Origin: Alphaproteobacteria bacterium
GTDB lineage: Bacteria; Pseudomonadota; Alphaproteobacteria; UBA8366; CAVOAK01
DNA: 46,707 nt
Direction: 5' to 3'
Assembly (NCBI GenBank): GCA_963693665.1
Contig: CAVOAK010000003.1
Location: forward strand, 1 to 46,707
Below the pieces are notes generated by a model. That model did not search any database and was not told the DNA's origin. It saw only the letters and a program-made list of their open reading frames with translations. This document shows, one piece after another, positions 10,401 through 20,103 of the stretch (position 1 is its first letter; every line of letters begins with the position of its first letter). Both the position numbers and the translations under genes were made by a program.

Positions 10401-10900
10401 ACGATGTGGTTAGCGATGGCCGTGTCAAGATTGCTGGAGTCGTACTTGGGCGTCGATTTACTATGTCATCCCGTGGCAGCAAGATGGCATTTGTGCAGCT
10501 ATCTGACGCTACAGGCACGTTCGAAGTTACTGCATTTTCAGAAGTTTTGGCGAACGATAGCGAATTACTTGAATCAAATAGTCCACTGCTCATCACCGCC
10601 GACCTACAGACGCGGCAAGACATAGTTCGCCTAACGGCACAGAAAATTGAGCCGCTTGCCGAAGCTGCGGCTCAGGCAACGGCGCGGCTTCGGATTTTTC
10701 TTGAGACTGAAGAAGCAATCCAACATCTGGCCAACGTCATAGAGCAACACGGAAAAAAAGGCCGAGGACGCCTCGACCTCGTTATGGATACCGATGTCCA
10801 AGAGGTCGAAATGACCATTCCCGGTGCCTATGTCATCTCCGCTGAAATTCGATCGGCAATCAAGGCGATTCCGGGCATCCGCGATATCCGCGAACTCTGA
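7439..10900 (+). CDS. dnaE: DNA polymerase III alpha subunit
   Basis: PHP N-terminus FVHLRVH..YS, GPGRGSGAGS, PDFDLDF, STHAAG, KFDFLGL, GYGFNKAH, C-terminal OB fold; 1153 aa. Confidence 0.98.
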   Translation: MPHAEFVHLRVHTAYSLSEGAIKIDALAALCKRHRMPAVAITDSGNLFGALEFSVSMADVGVQPIVGCQIGIRREQEQVASGTAPAPDQLVLLAKDAEGYANLLKLVSASYLTADDGESAQISIDALEEYNTGLIALTGGVKGAIGRMLVEGHVPGAEAMLSRLRNIFDDRLYVEIMRHGIPEEKQTETDLIDLAYRFDLPIVATNDTYFAEAEMYEAHDALLCISQGAYVSQRNRRRLTPEHRFKSAEEMSELFSDLPEAINNTMVIAQRCAAMAETRDPILPVYPKLHGRNEMDVLREMATAGLQKRFDARICDTTMTEEDRQAVATPYCERLESELGVIQETGFAGYFLIVADIIQWAFAEGIPVGPGRGSGAGSVVSWALTITDLDPLRWGLVFERFLNPERVTLPDFDLDFCMMRRDEVIRYVQNEYGEDRVAQIITFGKLQARAVLRDVGRVLEIPYGQVDRICKMVPNNPANPVTLQQAINDEPALQTMRVEDEPVARLLDTALHLEGLYRHASTHAAGVVIGDRSLDDLVPLYRDPRSEMPVTQFSMKYVEMAGLVKFDFLGLKTLTVLRRAVDILAERGIEIDLSKLPLDDAPTFQLLCEAETSGVFQMESSGMRDVLRKLRPDRFEDIIAVVALYRPGPMDNIPSYINRKHGREEPDYLHSTLEGILKETFGIMIYQEQVLQIAQALSGFTLGSADLLRRAMGKKIKKEMDAQNEAFVDGAESRGVDRKAASRIFDQVAKFAGYGFNKAHAAAYALVAYQTAYLKANYTVEFMAASMSFEFGNTEKIGTYRSDLIRLGIELLPPDINRSFADFSVEQAEDGKPAIRYALAALKNVGAAAMNGIVAERNENGPYSDLFDLAQRVDARMVNKRQLESLASAGAFDAICDNRGQAFDAVEYLIRHANVAQNDRDSSQVSLFGSETSIVPRSELPDADDWPTEKRLQQEFEAIGFYLSAHPLQSFTEECKRLNIVSWLDIQNDVVSDGRVKIAGVVLGRRFTMSSRGSKMAFVQLSDATGTFEVTAFSEVLANDSELLESNSPLLITADLQTRQDIVRLTAQKIEPLAEAAAQATARLRIFLETEEAIQHLANVIEQHGKKGRGRLDLVMDTDVQEVEMTIPGAYVISAEIRSAIKAIPGIRDIREL

Positions 10901-10926
10901 GCCGGCAGGCATAACCAAGGGTATGC

Positions 10927-10955
10927 TTGCCAATTGCGAGCCGAAACGGTATATT
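10927..10955 (+). promoter_or_regulatory. Sigma70-type promoter of the rpsB-tsf operon
   Basis: TTGCCA (10927-10932), 17-nt spacer, TATATT (10950-10955). Confidence 0.7.
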
Positions 10956-10974
10956 GTGGCATTAACTCTTATCT

Positions 10975-11075
10975 CTCACGCGGGTTAAGCGCACACCACG
11001 CTCACATAGACGGGTGGTCGCTCCGGTGCCGGAAATGACCGGCCATTCCCGCGGCGGTATAACCGGAAAAGGAAA
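10975..11075 (+). ncRNA. rpsB 5' leader (S2 autoregulatory, t44-like cis element); boundaries approximate
   Basis: CGCGGG near 10978 is complementary to CCCGCG near 11048; CCGGT near 11023 is complementary to ACCGG just before the AAGGA SD; lies between the promoter and rpsB. Confidence 0.55.
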
Positions 11076-11081
11076 ATTCTA

Positions 11082-12032
11082 GTGACAGTACCTACGTTTA
11101 CTATGCGCCAACTGTTAGAAGCGGGCGTTCATTTTGGCCATACGACGCGCCGATGGAATCCGAAGATGGAACCATTCATCTTTGGTACCCGCAGTGGCAT
11201 CCATATTATCGACCTTGAACAGACTGTGCCCATGCTGCATCGAGCAGTTGAGGCCATCCGTGCAGTTGCCGCAGCAGGTGGCCGCATCTTGTTTGTCGGA
11301 ACCAAGCGTCAAGCGACGGATGTCGTTGCCGATGCCGCAAAACGCTGCGGGCAATATTATGTAAATCACCGTTGGCTCGGTGGCACTTTGACAAACTGGA
11401 AAACTATTTCGAATTCCATTCGGCGCTTGCGTGATCTCGACACTCAACTTGCCGAAGAAAATGTAGGCTTAACAAAAAAAGAACTTCTGCAGTTGACGCG
11501 AGAGCGTGACAAACTGGAACGTGCCTTGGGTGGTATTAAGGAAATGGGTGACCTTCCAGACATCCTCTTTGTTGTGGATACGAACAAAGAAATGATTGCC
11601 GTCAAGGAAGCGCACAAGCTGAAAATCCCGGTTGTCGCCATAATCGATAGCAACTCCGATCCAAAATTGATTACCCACCCTGTGCCCGGCAATGACGATG
11701 CGATGCGAGCAATTGGTCTTTATTGCGATCTTATGAGCGCTGCCGTTCTCGACGGCCTTCAAGCTGAATTGATGGCGACAAGCCCTGATGCAGGTGAAGC
11801 CAAGGAAGCTCTGACTGAAACGATACAATCCGACAGCGCTGTGTCCGACGACGATGGCGCAGCAGATGTTTTGGCGGCGGAAGCCAAACTTCGCACATCA
11901 CAGGATAAACTGACGAAAGGCAAAGACCTAAAACTGGCCTCCGCGGATGATGTCGTGCCTACTGAAGATCCTAAACCATCGAAAAATGCGGTGTTGGAAA
12001 ACGCCTCCAGCGAACCCGCTGAAAGCGCCTAA
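11082..12032 (+). CDS. rpsB: 30S ribosomal protein S2 with acidic C-terminal extension
   Basis: [38 protein letters not shown]; GTG start with AAGGA SD. Confidence 0.98.
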   Translation: MTVPTFTMRQLLEAGVHFGHTTRRWNPKMEPFIFGTRSGIHIIDLEQTVPMLHRAVEAIRAVAAAGGRILFVGTKRQATDVVADAAKRCGQYYVNHRWLGGTLTNWKTISNSIRRLRDLDTQLAEENVGLTKKELLQLTRERDKLERALGGIKEMGDLPDILFVVDTNKEMIAVKEAHKLKIPVVAIIDSNSDPKLITHPVPGNDDAMRAIGLYCDLMSAAVLDGLQAELMATSPDAGEAKEALTETIQSDSAVSDDDGAADVLAAEAKLRTSQDKLTKGKDLKLASADDVVPTEDPKPSKNAVLENASSEPAESA

Positions 12033-12115
12033 TACGCGCAATAGAAGGCTTTCAATGCCCAGAGAACGTGCTCCATTGCCCGTCCTGGCGGCAAGAATTA
12101 TGCGCATAAGGATAG

Positions 12116-13045
12116 ATGATGACTCAAATTTCAGCTGCACTGGTTAAAGAACTTCGCGAGAAAACAGGCGCAGGCATGATGGACTGCAAGCGCGCCCTCA
12201 GTGAGACGTCTGCTGATGTAGAACAGGCAGTCGACTGGCTTCGCAAAAAAGGCTTATCTGCCGCAGCGAATAAGGCTGGACGAGTTGCTGTGGAAGGTCT
12301 TGTTGGCGTCTATCTTGAGGCGCAAAAAGCAGCCATCGTGGAATTGAACGCAGAGACGGACTTTGTTGCGCGAAATGATGGATTTCAGAAACTCGTTGGC
12401 AATGTCTGTAAAATCGTCCTGGAGCAGGGAGGTGAACTCAACGCTCTAGTCGCTGCGCCATATACGGGGAATGATCGGACAGTTGCGGAGGAAATTACAC
12501 ACAACATCGCTACGATAGGCGAAAATCTCTCGATACGGCGATGCGAATCCTGTTCTGTTGAAAAGGGTGTAATTGCCTCCTACATCCATAGTGCCGCGAC
12601 GCCAGATCTTGGCCGGATTGGGGTGCTTGTTACATTGGAGTCCGGCGGCGATCGTGAAAAACTACTATCGCTCGGCAAACAAATCGCCATGCATATCGCT
12701 GCTGCGCGACCGCAATGGCTAAACATAGCCGACGTGGATGTTGCCACTCTGGACCGAGAGCGTGAAATATTGAGCGAACAAGCACGAGCATCTGGACGCC
12801 CCGACGACGTTATTGAAAAAATAGTCGAGGGTAGAATGCGCAAGTATTTGGAGGAGTTTGTACTTCTAGAGCAAACTTTTGTAGTCGATAATCAAACAAA
12901 GATTGCAAAAGTTCTTAAGGATGCGGAAGAAAATTTGGGCACCCCTGTTCAAATATCTCACTTTGTTCGTTATGCACTTGGTGAAGGTATTGATAGGGGG
13001 GAATCAGATTTTGCGGCTGAAGTTGCAGCAAGACTTGATAGCTAA
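12116..13045 (+). CDS. tsf: Elongation factor Ts
   Basis: VKELREKTGAGMMDCK.AL, ETDFVARN, AMHIAA, RY.LGEGI. Confidence 0.98.
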   Translation: MMTQISAALVKELREKTGAGMMDCKRALSETSADVEQAVDWLRKKGLSAAANKAGRVAVEGLVGVYLEAQKAAIVELNAETDFVARNDGFQKLVGNVCKIVLEQGGELNALVAAPYTGNDRTVAEEITHNIATIGENLSIRRCESCSVEKGVIASYIHSAATPDLGRIGVLVTLESGGDREKLLSLGKQIAMHIAAARPQWLNIADVDVATLDREREILSEQARASGRPDDVIEKIVEGRMRKYLEEFVLLEQTFVVDNQTKIAKVLKDAEENLGTPVQISHFVRYALGEGIDRGESDFAAEVAARLDS

Positions 13046-13086
13046 AACTCCATATTTAGGTGCTGCGGCGAATAGAGGGAAATGAC

Positions 13087-13809
13087 ATGGGGGCGCCAAA
13101 TAAAATGAAGTTTCGCCGCGTCCTGCTCAAAATATCCGGCGAGGCCCTGATGGGTTCACGCGAGTATGGTCTGGACCCGGAAACCATCAAGAGAGTTGCT
13201 GCAGAAATTAAGGCAGTCAACGCAATTGGTATTCAGGTTTGCCTAGTTATTGGTGGGGGCAATATCTTTCGCGGTGTGTCTGGTGCGGCCGAAGGTATTG
13301 GCCGAGCCAGCGGCGACTATATGGGAATGCTTGCGACCGTCATAAACTCACTTGCCATGCAGAATTCACTTGAGCAAATTGGCGTCGATACGCGTGTTCT
13401 GTCTGCTATTCCCATGACAACAGTATGTGAGCCCTACATCGAACGTCGTGCAATTCGGCATATGGAAAAGGGCCGGGTTGTTATCTTTGCTGCTGGCAGT
13501 GGTAATCCATTCTTTACAACTGATACTGCCGCCGCGCTTCGTGCATCTGAAATGGGCTGTGACCTACTGCTAAAAGGGACAAAGGTAGATGGCGTTTATA
13601 GCGAAGACCCGTTGACCAACCCCGACGCTGAAAGATATGAAAAATTGACGTATTTAGAAGTGTTATCGCAAGACCTTCATGTTATGGATGCATCCGCAAT
13701 TTCTCTCGCACGGGAAAATGACATTCCTATCCATGTGTTTTCGATACACAATACCGGTGCCTTCGCTGCAGCAGTAAACGGTGAAGGCCGATTTACCCTG
13801 ATAACTTGA
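13087..13809 (+). CDS. pyrH: UMP kinase
   Basis: [35 protein letters not shown]; ATG 13087 preceded by GAGGGA. Confidence 0.97.
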   Translation: MGAPNKMKFRRVLLKISGEALMGSREYGLDPETIKRVAAEIKAVNAIGIQVCLVIGGGNIFRGVSGAAEGIGRASGDYMGMLATVINSLAMQNSLEQIGVDTRVLSAIPMTTVCEPYIERRAIRHMEKGRVVIFAAGSGNPFFTTDTAAALRASEMGCDLLLKGTKVDGVYSEDPLTNPDAERYEKLTYLEVLSQDLHVMDASAISLARENDIPIHVFSIHNTGAFAAAVNGEGRFTLIT

Positions 13810-13821
13810 AAGGGCGGATAC

Positions 13822-14379
13822 ATGGCTGAGGTGGACCTGTCCGACATCGATCGGCGTATGGATGGCGCCCTTTCGGCGCTACAAAAGGAATTTAGCGGGC
13901 TGAGGACTGGGCGGGCATCGCCTAGCTTACTCGAACCGGTAGTCGTTGATGCATATGGATCGAAGATGCCGCTGAATCAGGTAGCCGCAATAAATGTACC
14001 GGATGCGAGATTGCTTACAGTGCAAGTTTGGGACAGTGGGCTCGTCAACTCGGTTGAGAAATCAATTCGTCAAGCGGATCTAGGGCTCAATCCGCAAGTT
14101 GAGGGCAACCTAATTCGCTTACCCATCCCTGATCTCAACGAAGAGCGGCGGACCGAGCTATCAAGGTTGGCAGCAAAATACGCTGAACAGGCCCGCGTCG
14201 CTGTCCGAAACGTGCGTAGAGATGGAATGGATCGTCTCAAAGAACTGGAAAAAGAAAACGAGATTTCCGGGGATGAACATCGCGCTCATTCTGCCGATAT
14301 TCAAAACACAACGGATAGTCACATTGCTAAAATAGATGCAGCTTTGGTGACCAAAGAGCACGATATAATGCAGGTCTGA
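13822..14379 (+). CDS. frr: Ribosome recycling factor
   Basis: LRTGRA, LGLNP, P.L.EERR, VRNVRRD. Confidence 0.97.
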   Translation: MAEVDLSDIDRRMDGALSALQKEFSGLRTGRASPSLLEPVVVDAYGSKMPLNQVAAINVPDARLLTVQVWDSGLVNSVEKSIRQADLGLNPQVEGNLIRLPIPDLNEERRTELSRLAAKYAEQARVAVRNVRRDGMDRLKELEKENEISGDEHRAHSADIQNTTDSHIAKIDAALVTKEHDIMQV

Positions 14380-14383
14380 GATA

Positions 14384-15124
14384 TTGGAAGCACTTCCAAT
14401 CAGAGCAGAAGAACCCGACGTGCCGAGGCACATAGCGATCATTATGGATGGCAATGGTCGTTGGGCCCAGCGGAGACAATTACCGCGGGTAGAGGGGCAT
14501 CGGCGCGGTGCGGATGCCGTTCGTCGAACTGTGCGTGCCGCTAGTAAACTTGGCGTCTCCTATCTCACGTTATTTGGATTTTCGTCGGAGAATTGGAAGC
14601 GATCCGAAGAGGAGGTGGGCGACCTTATGGTCTTGCTCAAGTTATATCTTCGAACGGAGATAGCTGAACTCCATAATAATGGCGTCAAATTTAGAATGAT
14701 TGGCGATCGCTCACGATTTTCCTCCGATATCATTCATTTGATTGAAAATGCTGAGGCGACAACCGCTGCCAATACCCGAATGACCCTCGTACTCGCCTTG
14801 AGTTATGGAGGACGTCAAGAGATAGCCAAGGCTGCGCAACTCCTTGCTTGCGATGTGGCGTCTGGCAAAATTTCGGCCGACACAATCGATGAATTTGCAC
14901 TGGCCCGTCGGTTGGCAACGAACGATATACCTGACCCGGATTTGCTTATTCGCTCGAGCGGCGAACAACGAATCAGTAACTTCCTGCTCTGGCAACTCGC
15001 CTACACCGAACTTGTTTTCACCGACACGCTTTGGCCCGAGTTCGATTGCTCAGATTTGACAGCTGCTATTTCTGAATTTCAGCGACGCGAGCGCCGATAT
15101 GGCGCAACAGCTAGTTTAGTTTGA
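14384..15124 (+). CDS. uppS: Undecaprenyl diphosphate synthase (cis-isoprenyltransferase)
   Basis: HIAIIMDGNGRWA, FSSENWKR, YGGRQE, DLLIRSSGE.RISNFLLWQ, RRYG. Confidence 0.97.
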   Translation: MEALPIRAEEPDVPRHIAIIMDGNGRWAQRRQLPRVEGHRRGADAVRRTVRAASKLGVSYLTLFGFSSENWKRSEEEVGDLMVLLKLYLRTEIAELHNNGVKFRMIGDRSRFSSDIIHLIENAEATTAANTRMTLVLALSYGGRQEIAKAAQLLACDVASGKISADTIDEFALARRLATNDIPDPDLLIRSSGEQRISNFLLWQLAYTELVFTDTLWPEFDCSDLTAAISEFQRRERRYGATASLV

Positions 15125-15125
15125 C

Positions 15126-15926
15126 ATGAGCGAACTGACACTGCGCATATTATCGGCACTTGTCATGTTGCCGGTGACAATCGGCGCAATTTGGGCTGGT
15201 GGTTGGTATTTTGTTGCCCTTGTCGTTGTCATGACCGCGACGATGTCACTTGAATGGTTGCGCATATGCGGCATTGAGTCTCGAGGTATTCGGACTGCAG
15301 CAGGATCATTTGGAACAGCTGCACCCGTCCTTGCCATGATGGATCAAGTAGGTGTGGCATTCGCACTCTTAGCGTTAGGTGCTGCCGTCGCTGCCGTAGG
15401 GAAAAACACCTCAAACCGACCGTCACGAATAATTGCTACTCTGGGATTGCAATATATAGGCGTTACGGGAATTGCCTTTGTTTGGTTGCGTTTTGATCCA
15501 TCAATGGGACTGGCAACTGTCCTCTGGCTAGCGTCCGTTGTTATTGCCACCGACAGCGCAGGTTATTTTGTGGGACGTACGGTTGGCGGACCAAAGCTCC
15601 TCCCGCGTATAAGCCCGAAAAAAACGTGGTCTGGACTTGTTGGAGGGGTTATCGCAGCATCTGGAGTCGGTGTATTTGCAGTTCATTTAACGGGTCAAAG
15701 CACTATATTTTTTGTCGCATTACTAAGCGCCTGCATTGCAATAGTTGCGCAGACCGGGGACTTTATTGAATCGGGCCTAAAAAGATATTTTTCTGTTAAA
15801 GATGCGGGCAGCATAATACCCGGTCATGGTGGAGTTCTCGACCGCCTCGACGGATTTCTTTCAGCAACGCCCTTTGTGGCGGTCTTGACTTGGTTTCTTG
15901 GCAGCAGCCCGCTTATGTGGAATTGA
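15126..15926 (+). CDS. cdsA: Phosphatidate cytidylyltransferase
   Basis: Hydrophobic protein with ISPKKTW.G and GD..ES.LKR...VKD.G..IPGHGG.LDR.D. Confidence 0.96.
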   Translation: MSELTLRILSALVMLPVTIGAIWAGGWYFVALVVVMTATMSLEWLRICGIESRGIRTAAGSFGTAAPVLAMMDQVGVAFALLALGAAVAAVGKNTSNRPSRIIATLGLQYIGVTGIAFVWLRFDPSMGLATVLWLASVVIATDSAGYFVGRTVGGPKLLPRISPKKTWSGLVGGVIAASGVGVFAVHLTGQSTIFFVALLSACIAIVAQTGDFIESGLKRYFSVKDAGSIIPGHGGVLDRLDGFLSATPFVAVLTWFLGSSPLMWN

Positions 15927-16005
15927 ACAGCTTTGGGCCGCCTTTTTCATGCTTTGAATGCCACCATATGGCATAAAGTAATTTGTTCAGAATGCAGGTG
16001 AATCG

Positions 16006-17136
16006 ATGGACTTCTTGTTGAGTGTGTCCAGTTACGTACTGCCGTTTCTCGGCGTCTTGACGGTCCTCGTCTTTGTGCATGAATTGGGGCACTACGCGAT
16101 CGCGCGTTACAACAACGTTCGTGTGATGGTATTTTCTATTGGATTTGGTCCTGAATTGTTCGGCTGGACCGACAAATCAGAAACTCGCTGGAAGATAAGT
16201 GCCATACCACTTGGTGGGTATATCAAGATGTTCGGCGAAGGCGAAAACGAACAACCAGGCGGCGATAATCAATCCATTTCAGAATCTGAGCAAAAAGTGT
16301 CATTCGCGCATAAACGATTGTCACAGCGTGTAGCGATCGTGTTTGCAGGCCCATTTGCAAATTTCATCTTCGCAATAGCCATACTCTCAGGCCTGTTCAG
16401 CATTGTCGGACAACCGTTTACTCCACCAACCGTTACTTCAGTACAGCCCGGCAGCGCGGCGGAAGAAGCTGGTATTATGGCTGGAGATACCATTGCGCAG
16501 ATTGATGGGCGATCAATCGAGCGTTTCGAGGAAGTTCAACAGATCGTTAGTTTGAGCCCAGCGCAATTGATGACGATCATCGTGCGGCGCGGCGATAGCC
16601 ACGTGTCTCTGCAGGTAACACCAAAGTTGGTCGAAGAAACTGACCGCTTGGGAAACGTTCACAGGCTCGGCCGGCTTGGTGTGATGGGGCAGGGTGCTGA
16701 CTATCTCCGCCACGATCCATTTACTGCCGTATATCAGGCGGGTAAGGAAACTTTATTCCTAACCGGCGGTTCACTCAAAGTTGTTGGTCAAATGATTTCG
16801 GGCTCTCGAAATACAGATGAGTTGGGTGGGCCAATTAGAATTGCGCAAATGTCTGGCGAATTCGCCAGGGTGGGGTTGGTCCCTCTTATTTGGTTTACGG
16901 CTTTGCTATCAATCAATTTGGGGTTAATTAACTTGTTTCCCATACCGATGCTCGATGGTGGCCATTTACTTTTTTATGCGATCGAAGGAATTCGCGGAAA
17001 ACCGCTTGGCGAAAAAACACAAGAAATGGGTTTTCGTATAGGGCTAGCGTTTGTCTTCGGTCTCATGATATTTGTGACTATTAACGACTTGGTACAATTG
17101 CATTTTTTTGAATTTGTTAAAGAATTGATCAGCTGA
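16006..17136 (+). CDS. rseP: RIP metalloprotease RseP (site-2 protease, PDZ domain)
   Basis: HELGH, FSIGFG, GGYIKM, AGP.ANF, NLFPIPMLDGG. Confidence 0.96.
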   Translation: MDFLLSVSSYVLPFLGVLTVLVFVHELGHYAIARYNNVRVMVFSIGFGPELFGWTDKSETRWKISAIPLGGYIKMFGEGENEQPGGDNQSISESEQKVSFAHKRLSQRVAIVFAGPFANFIFAIAILSGLFSIVGQPFTPPTVTSVQPGSAAEEAGIMAGDTIAQIDGRSIERFEEVQQIVSLSPAQLMTIIVRRGDSHVSLQVTPKLVEETDRLGNVHRLGRLGVMGQGADYLRHDPFTAVYQAGKETLFLTGGSLKVVGQMISGSRNTDELGGPIRIAQMSGEFARVGLVPLIWFTALLSINLGLINLFPIPMLDGGHLLFYAIEGIRGKPLGEKTQEMGFRIGLAFVFGLMIFVTINDLVQLHFFEFVKELIS

Positions 17137-17141
17137 AAATT

Positions 17142-19517
17142 GTGACTAAAAATCCTGTGTGGACTACGTGCCTAAGAGTTATATTGAGCATGGCAGCGAT
17201 CGTTGCCGTGTCTTCGCTAACTCCATTGCATGCACAAACCTTTGTGCCGACACTGGTTCCACCAGCGCCGGCGGGCATAAATACCCCTCGCTCTGGAGCA
17301 AACACCGATACGTCGGACACAAGCATTCCTGCGATTTCCGAGATCATAATTGAAGGTACGCAGCGCATCGAACCAAATACGGTTCGATCCTATATGCGCG
17401 TTAAGCCTGGTGACCGGATGGCCCCAGAACTAGTTAACGATATGCTCAAAGCACTTTTCGCAACCGGCTTGTTTGCAGATGTGACGATTCGACGGGAAGG
17501 GACAGCACTTATCGTCCGGATCGTTGAAAATCCAATTATTAATCGCATCGCGTTCGAGGGTAACAAACGTATCAAGGATGAAGTGCTCCAGAGCGAAGTC
17601 CAGTTGCGCCCGCGAATCGTTTACACACGAACGCGAGTTCAAAGTGATGTGAAGCGTATTCTTGATCTTTACCGTCGTGGCGGGAGATTTGCCGCGAATG
17701 TCGAGCCAAAAGTAATCCAACTTGAGCAAAATAGAGTTGATCTCGTTTTTGAAATTGTTGAAGGCCCTGAAACAGGGATTAACAGTATCAGCTTTATTGG
17801 CAACAGGCGGTTCTCCGACCGGGCGTTAAAAAGTGTCATTTTGACCAAGGAGTCGCGTTGGTACCGGTTTTTTGGTTCGTCTGATCACTACGACCCGGAT
17901 CGTCTTACCTTTGATCGTGAATTACTGCGGCGTCATTATTTGAAACGAGGTTACGCAGATTTCCGCGTCTTATCCGCAGTTGCAGAACTGACTCAGAATC
18001 GCCAAGAATTTTTCGTTACGGTCACGATCGAAGAGGGTGAACGTTACAAGTTCGGAAGCGCTGACGTCGTATCAAAGATTGCCGAGGTCGAAGCTGAACA
18101 GTTTGTGGATCTAATCGAGATGGACTCTGGCGATTGGTACGATACGGAGCCGGTTGACGACACCGCACTGGCGATTACAGATGCGGTTGGAAATCTTGGA
18201 TATGGCTTCGTAGATGTCCGCCCAAAACCAAAAAAAAATCGCGAAGATAGGTTGATCAATCTGGTGTTTGAAATCGAAGAAGCACCACGCGTATTTGTCG
18301 AAAAGATCGATATTCGTGGAAATGTCAGAACGCTTGATAAGGTGATTCGTCGTGAGTTTCGTTTGGTCGAAGGTGACGCTTTCAATGCCTCAAAATTTCG
18401 TCGTTCCCGCGATCGAATTCGTAATTTGGGGTTCTTCCGGAAGGTTGACATAAACACGGTCGCCGGCACCAGCCCAGACAAGACTGTGGTCGAGGTCGAT
18501 GTTGAAGAACAGTCGACGGGAGAATTATCGATTGGTGGAGGGTTCTCGACAACGGTTGGTCCTATAGCCGATATCAGTATCCGGGAGAGAAATCTCCTCG
18601 GTAAAGGTCAGTCATTGTCCGCAAGTTTTCAAATTTCTGGGGCTACCCAAGAATTCGATATTAGCTTTACAGAACCGTATTTTCTCGAACGTCAGTTGTC
18701 GACAGGTATCGACCTCTTCCACGTATCTGAGGATAACCTTGAGGACAGTTCTTTTAAGTCTAAGAGGGCTGGTTTAGCGCTGCGTGTTGGCTACGAAATA
18801 AATGAACTTTTATCACAGGAGGTTCGGTATTCTTTTCGTCGTGAGGCAGTGGAGGATGTAAAAGATGAAGCGTCACAATTCATCAAAAGCCAAGCTGGGA
18901 CATTCTTTACTTCCCTGGTTGGCCAAACATTAATCCACGATGCCCGCAACAACCGCGCAGACCCCACTGAAGGTTATTTCATAAGCTTATCCAATGTCTT
19001 GGCCGGCTTTGGTGGGACGGAACATTATCTTAGCTCGAAAATTGATGGCAGCTACTACTACTCATTTACAGATGACATCATCGCGGGCTTGACGGGAGAG
19101 TTAGGTCACATTTTTGGCATTGGGGATGAGGTCCGCATCAATGATCGATATTTTCTCGGCGGAGATAATCTCCGTGGATTTGAATCACGCGGCGTTGGCC
19201 CAAGGGATTCAGTGACGGATGATGCATTAGGCGGCAAAAGTTTATTTGCAGCTACGGCAGAACTCAGTTTTCCCGTTGGTCTACCAAAGGAGTTTGGCCT
19301 TACCGGTGCTGTCTTCAGTGACATCGGCATGTTAACCGGTGCGGAAGATGATGGTTCTCAGATACTTGATGAAGCATCAATACGAGCCAGCGTTGGCTTT
19401 GGTGTGGCGTGGCGCTCGCCTGCCGGACCGTTTCGGGTCGATTTTGCGTTACCGCTTGTTAAGGAAGTTTTTGATAATACAGAGGTGTTCCGTTTTAACT
19501 TCGGAACAAGATTCTAG
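17142..19517 (+). CDS. bamA: Outer membrane protein assembly factor BamA
   Basis: Signal peptide, POTRA-like repeats (GNVRTLD.VIRRE), LRGF motif, C-terminal FNFGTRF. Confidence 0.97.
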   Translation: MTKNPVWTTCLRVILSMAAIVAVSSLTPLHAQTFVPTLVPPAPAGINTPRSGANTDTSDTSIPAISEIIIEGTQRIEPNTVRSYMRVKPGDRMAPELVNDMLKALFATGLFADVTIRREGTALIVRIVENPIINRIAFEGNKRIKDEVLQSEVQLRPRIVYTRTRVQSDVKRILDLYRRGGRFAANVEPKVIQLEQNRVDLVFEIVEGPETGINSISFIGNRRFSDRALKSVILTKESRWYRFFGSSDHYDPDRLTFDRELLRRHYLKRGYADFRVLSAVAELTQNRQEFFVTVTIEEGERYKFGSADVVSKIAEVEAEQFVDLIEMDSGDWYDTEPVDDTALAITDAVGNLGYGFVDVRPKPKKNREDRLINLVFEIEEAPRVFVEKIDIRGNVRTLDKVIRREFRLVEGDAFNASKFRRSRDRIRNLGFFRKVDINTVAGTSPDKTVVEVDVEEQSTGELSIGGGFSTTVGPIADISIRERNLLGKGQSLSASFQISGATQEFDISFTEPYFLERQLSTGIDLFHVSEDNLEDSSFKSKRAGLALRVGYEINELLSQEVRYSFRREAVEDVKDEASQFIKSQAGTFFTSLVGQTLIHDARNNRADPTEGYFISLSNVLAGFGGTEHYLSSKIDGSYYYSFTDDIIAGLTGELGHIFGIGDEVRINDRYFLGGDNLRGFESRGVGPRDSVTDDALGGKSLFAATAELSFPVGLPKEFGLTGAVFSDIGMLTGAEDDGSQILDEASIRASVGFGVAWRSPAGPFRVDFALPLVKEVFDNTEVFRFNFGTRF

Positions 19518-19522
19518 ATATC

Positions 19523-20101
19523 ATGAACTTGATTAAAGCAAGTTTACGCGGTGCTGCTTTGGCATTATTCGCGCTTAATTTTGCCGCGGGACCGACCTTA
19601 GCACAACAACTCCCGGTGGCGGTTATCGCGGTTGTTGATTTTAGCAGGGTTGTCCGCGACTCATTGGCAGGCAAAAGTATTCGCAGCCAAACGGACCAAC
19701 AACAGACGGGTTACCAAACTGAAATACAGGAATTTCAAAACGAGTTGGAAAAAGCTCGTCAAGAATTGACGCGTCAGCAGACAATAATATCACCGGAAGC
19801 ATTTAACCGAAATCGCCAAGCATATGAGAAGCGGGCTCGAGAGTTGCAAACCACTGTGCAACAACGCAAACAGGAGCTTGATCAGCGGTTTGGCCAGGGT
19901 ATGCGAGTTGTCGAAGCGGAGGTGGTTAAGGTTCTTCGCGAGTTTGCGGAGGAACGCGGTATCAATCTTGTTTTGAACGCAGCCCGTGGCGGTGTTGTGG
20001 TTTTTGCTGAGGGCGTTCTTGTGATAACCGACGATGTCGTCAGTCGTCTTAACGAACGAATGCAAGCTGTCCCTCTGCCACCGCCGCCGGTCAAAAATTA
20101 G
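19523..20101 (+). CDS. skp: Skp/OmpH periplasmic chaperone
   Basis: Signal peptide, IAVVD...V, Q/E-rich coiled coil, ITD.V..RLN; lies between bamA and lpxD. Confidence 0.88.
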   Translation: MNLIKASLRGAALALFALNFAAGPTLAQQLPVAVIAVVDFSRVVRDSLAGKSIRSQTDQQQTGYQTEIQEFQNELEKARQELTRQQTIISPEAFNRNRQAYEKRARELQTTVQQRKQELDQRFGQGMRVVEAEVVKVLREFAEERGINLVLNAARGGVVVFAEGVLVITDDVVSRLNERMQAVPLPPPPVKN

Positions 20102-20103
20102 TC

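Noticed and set aside
7439-10900. Intein or split in dnaE
   Set aside because: Length and motif spacing are those of an ordinary continuous DnaE.
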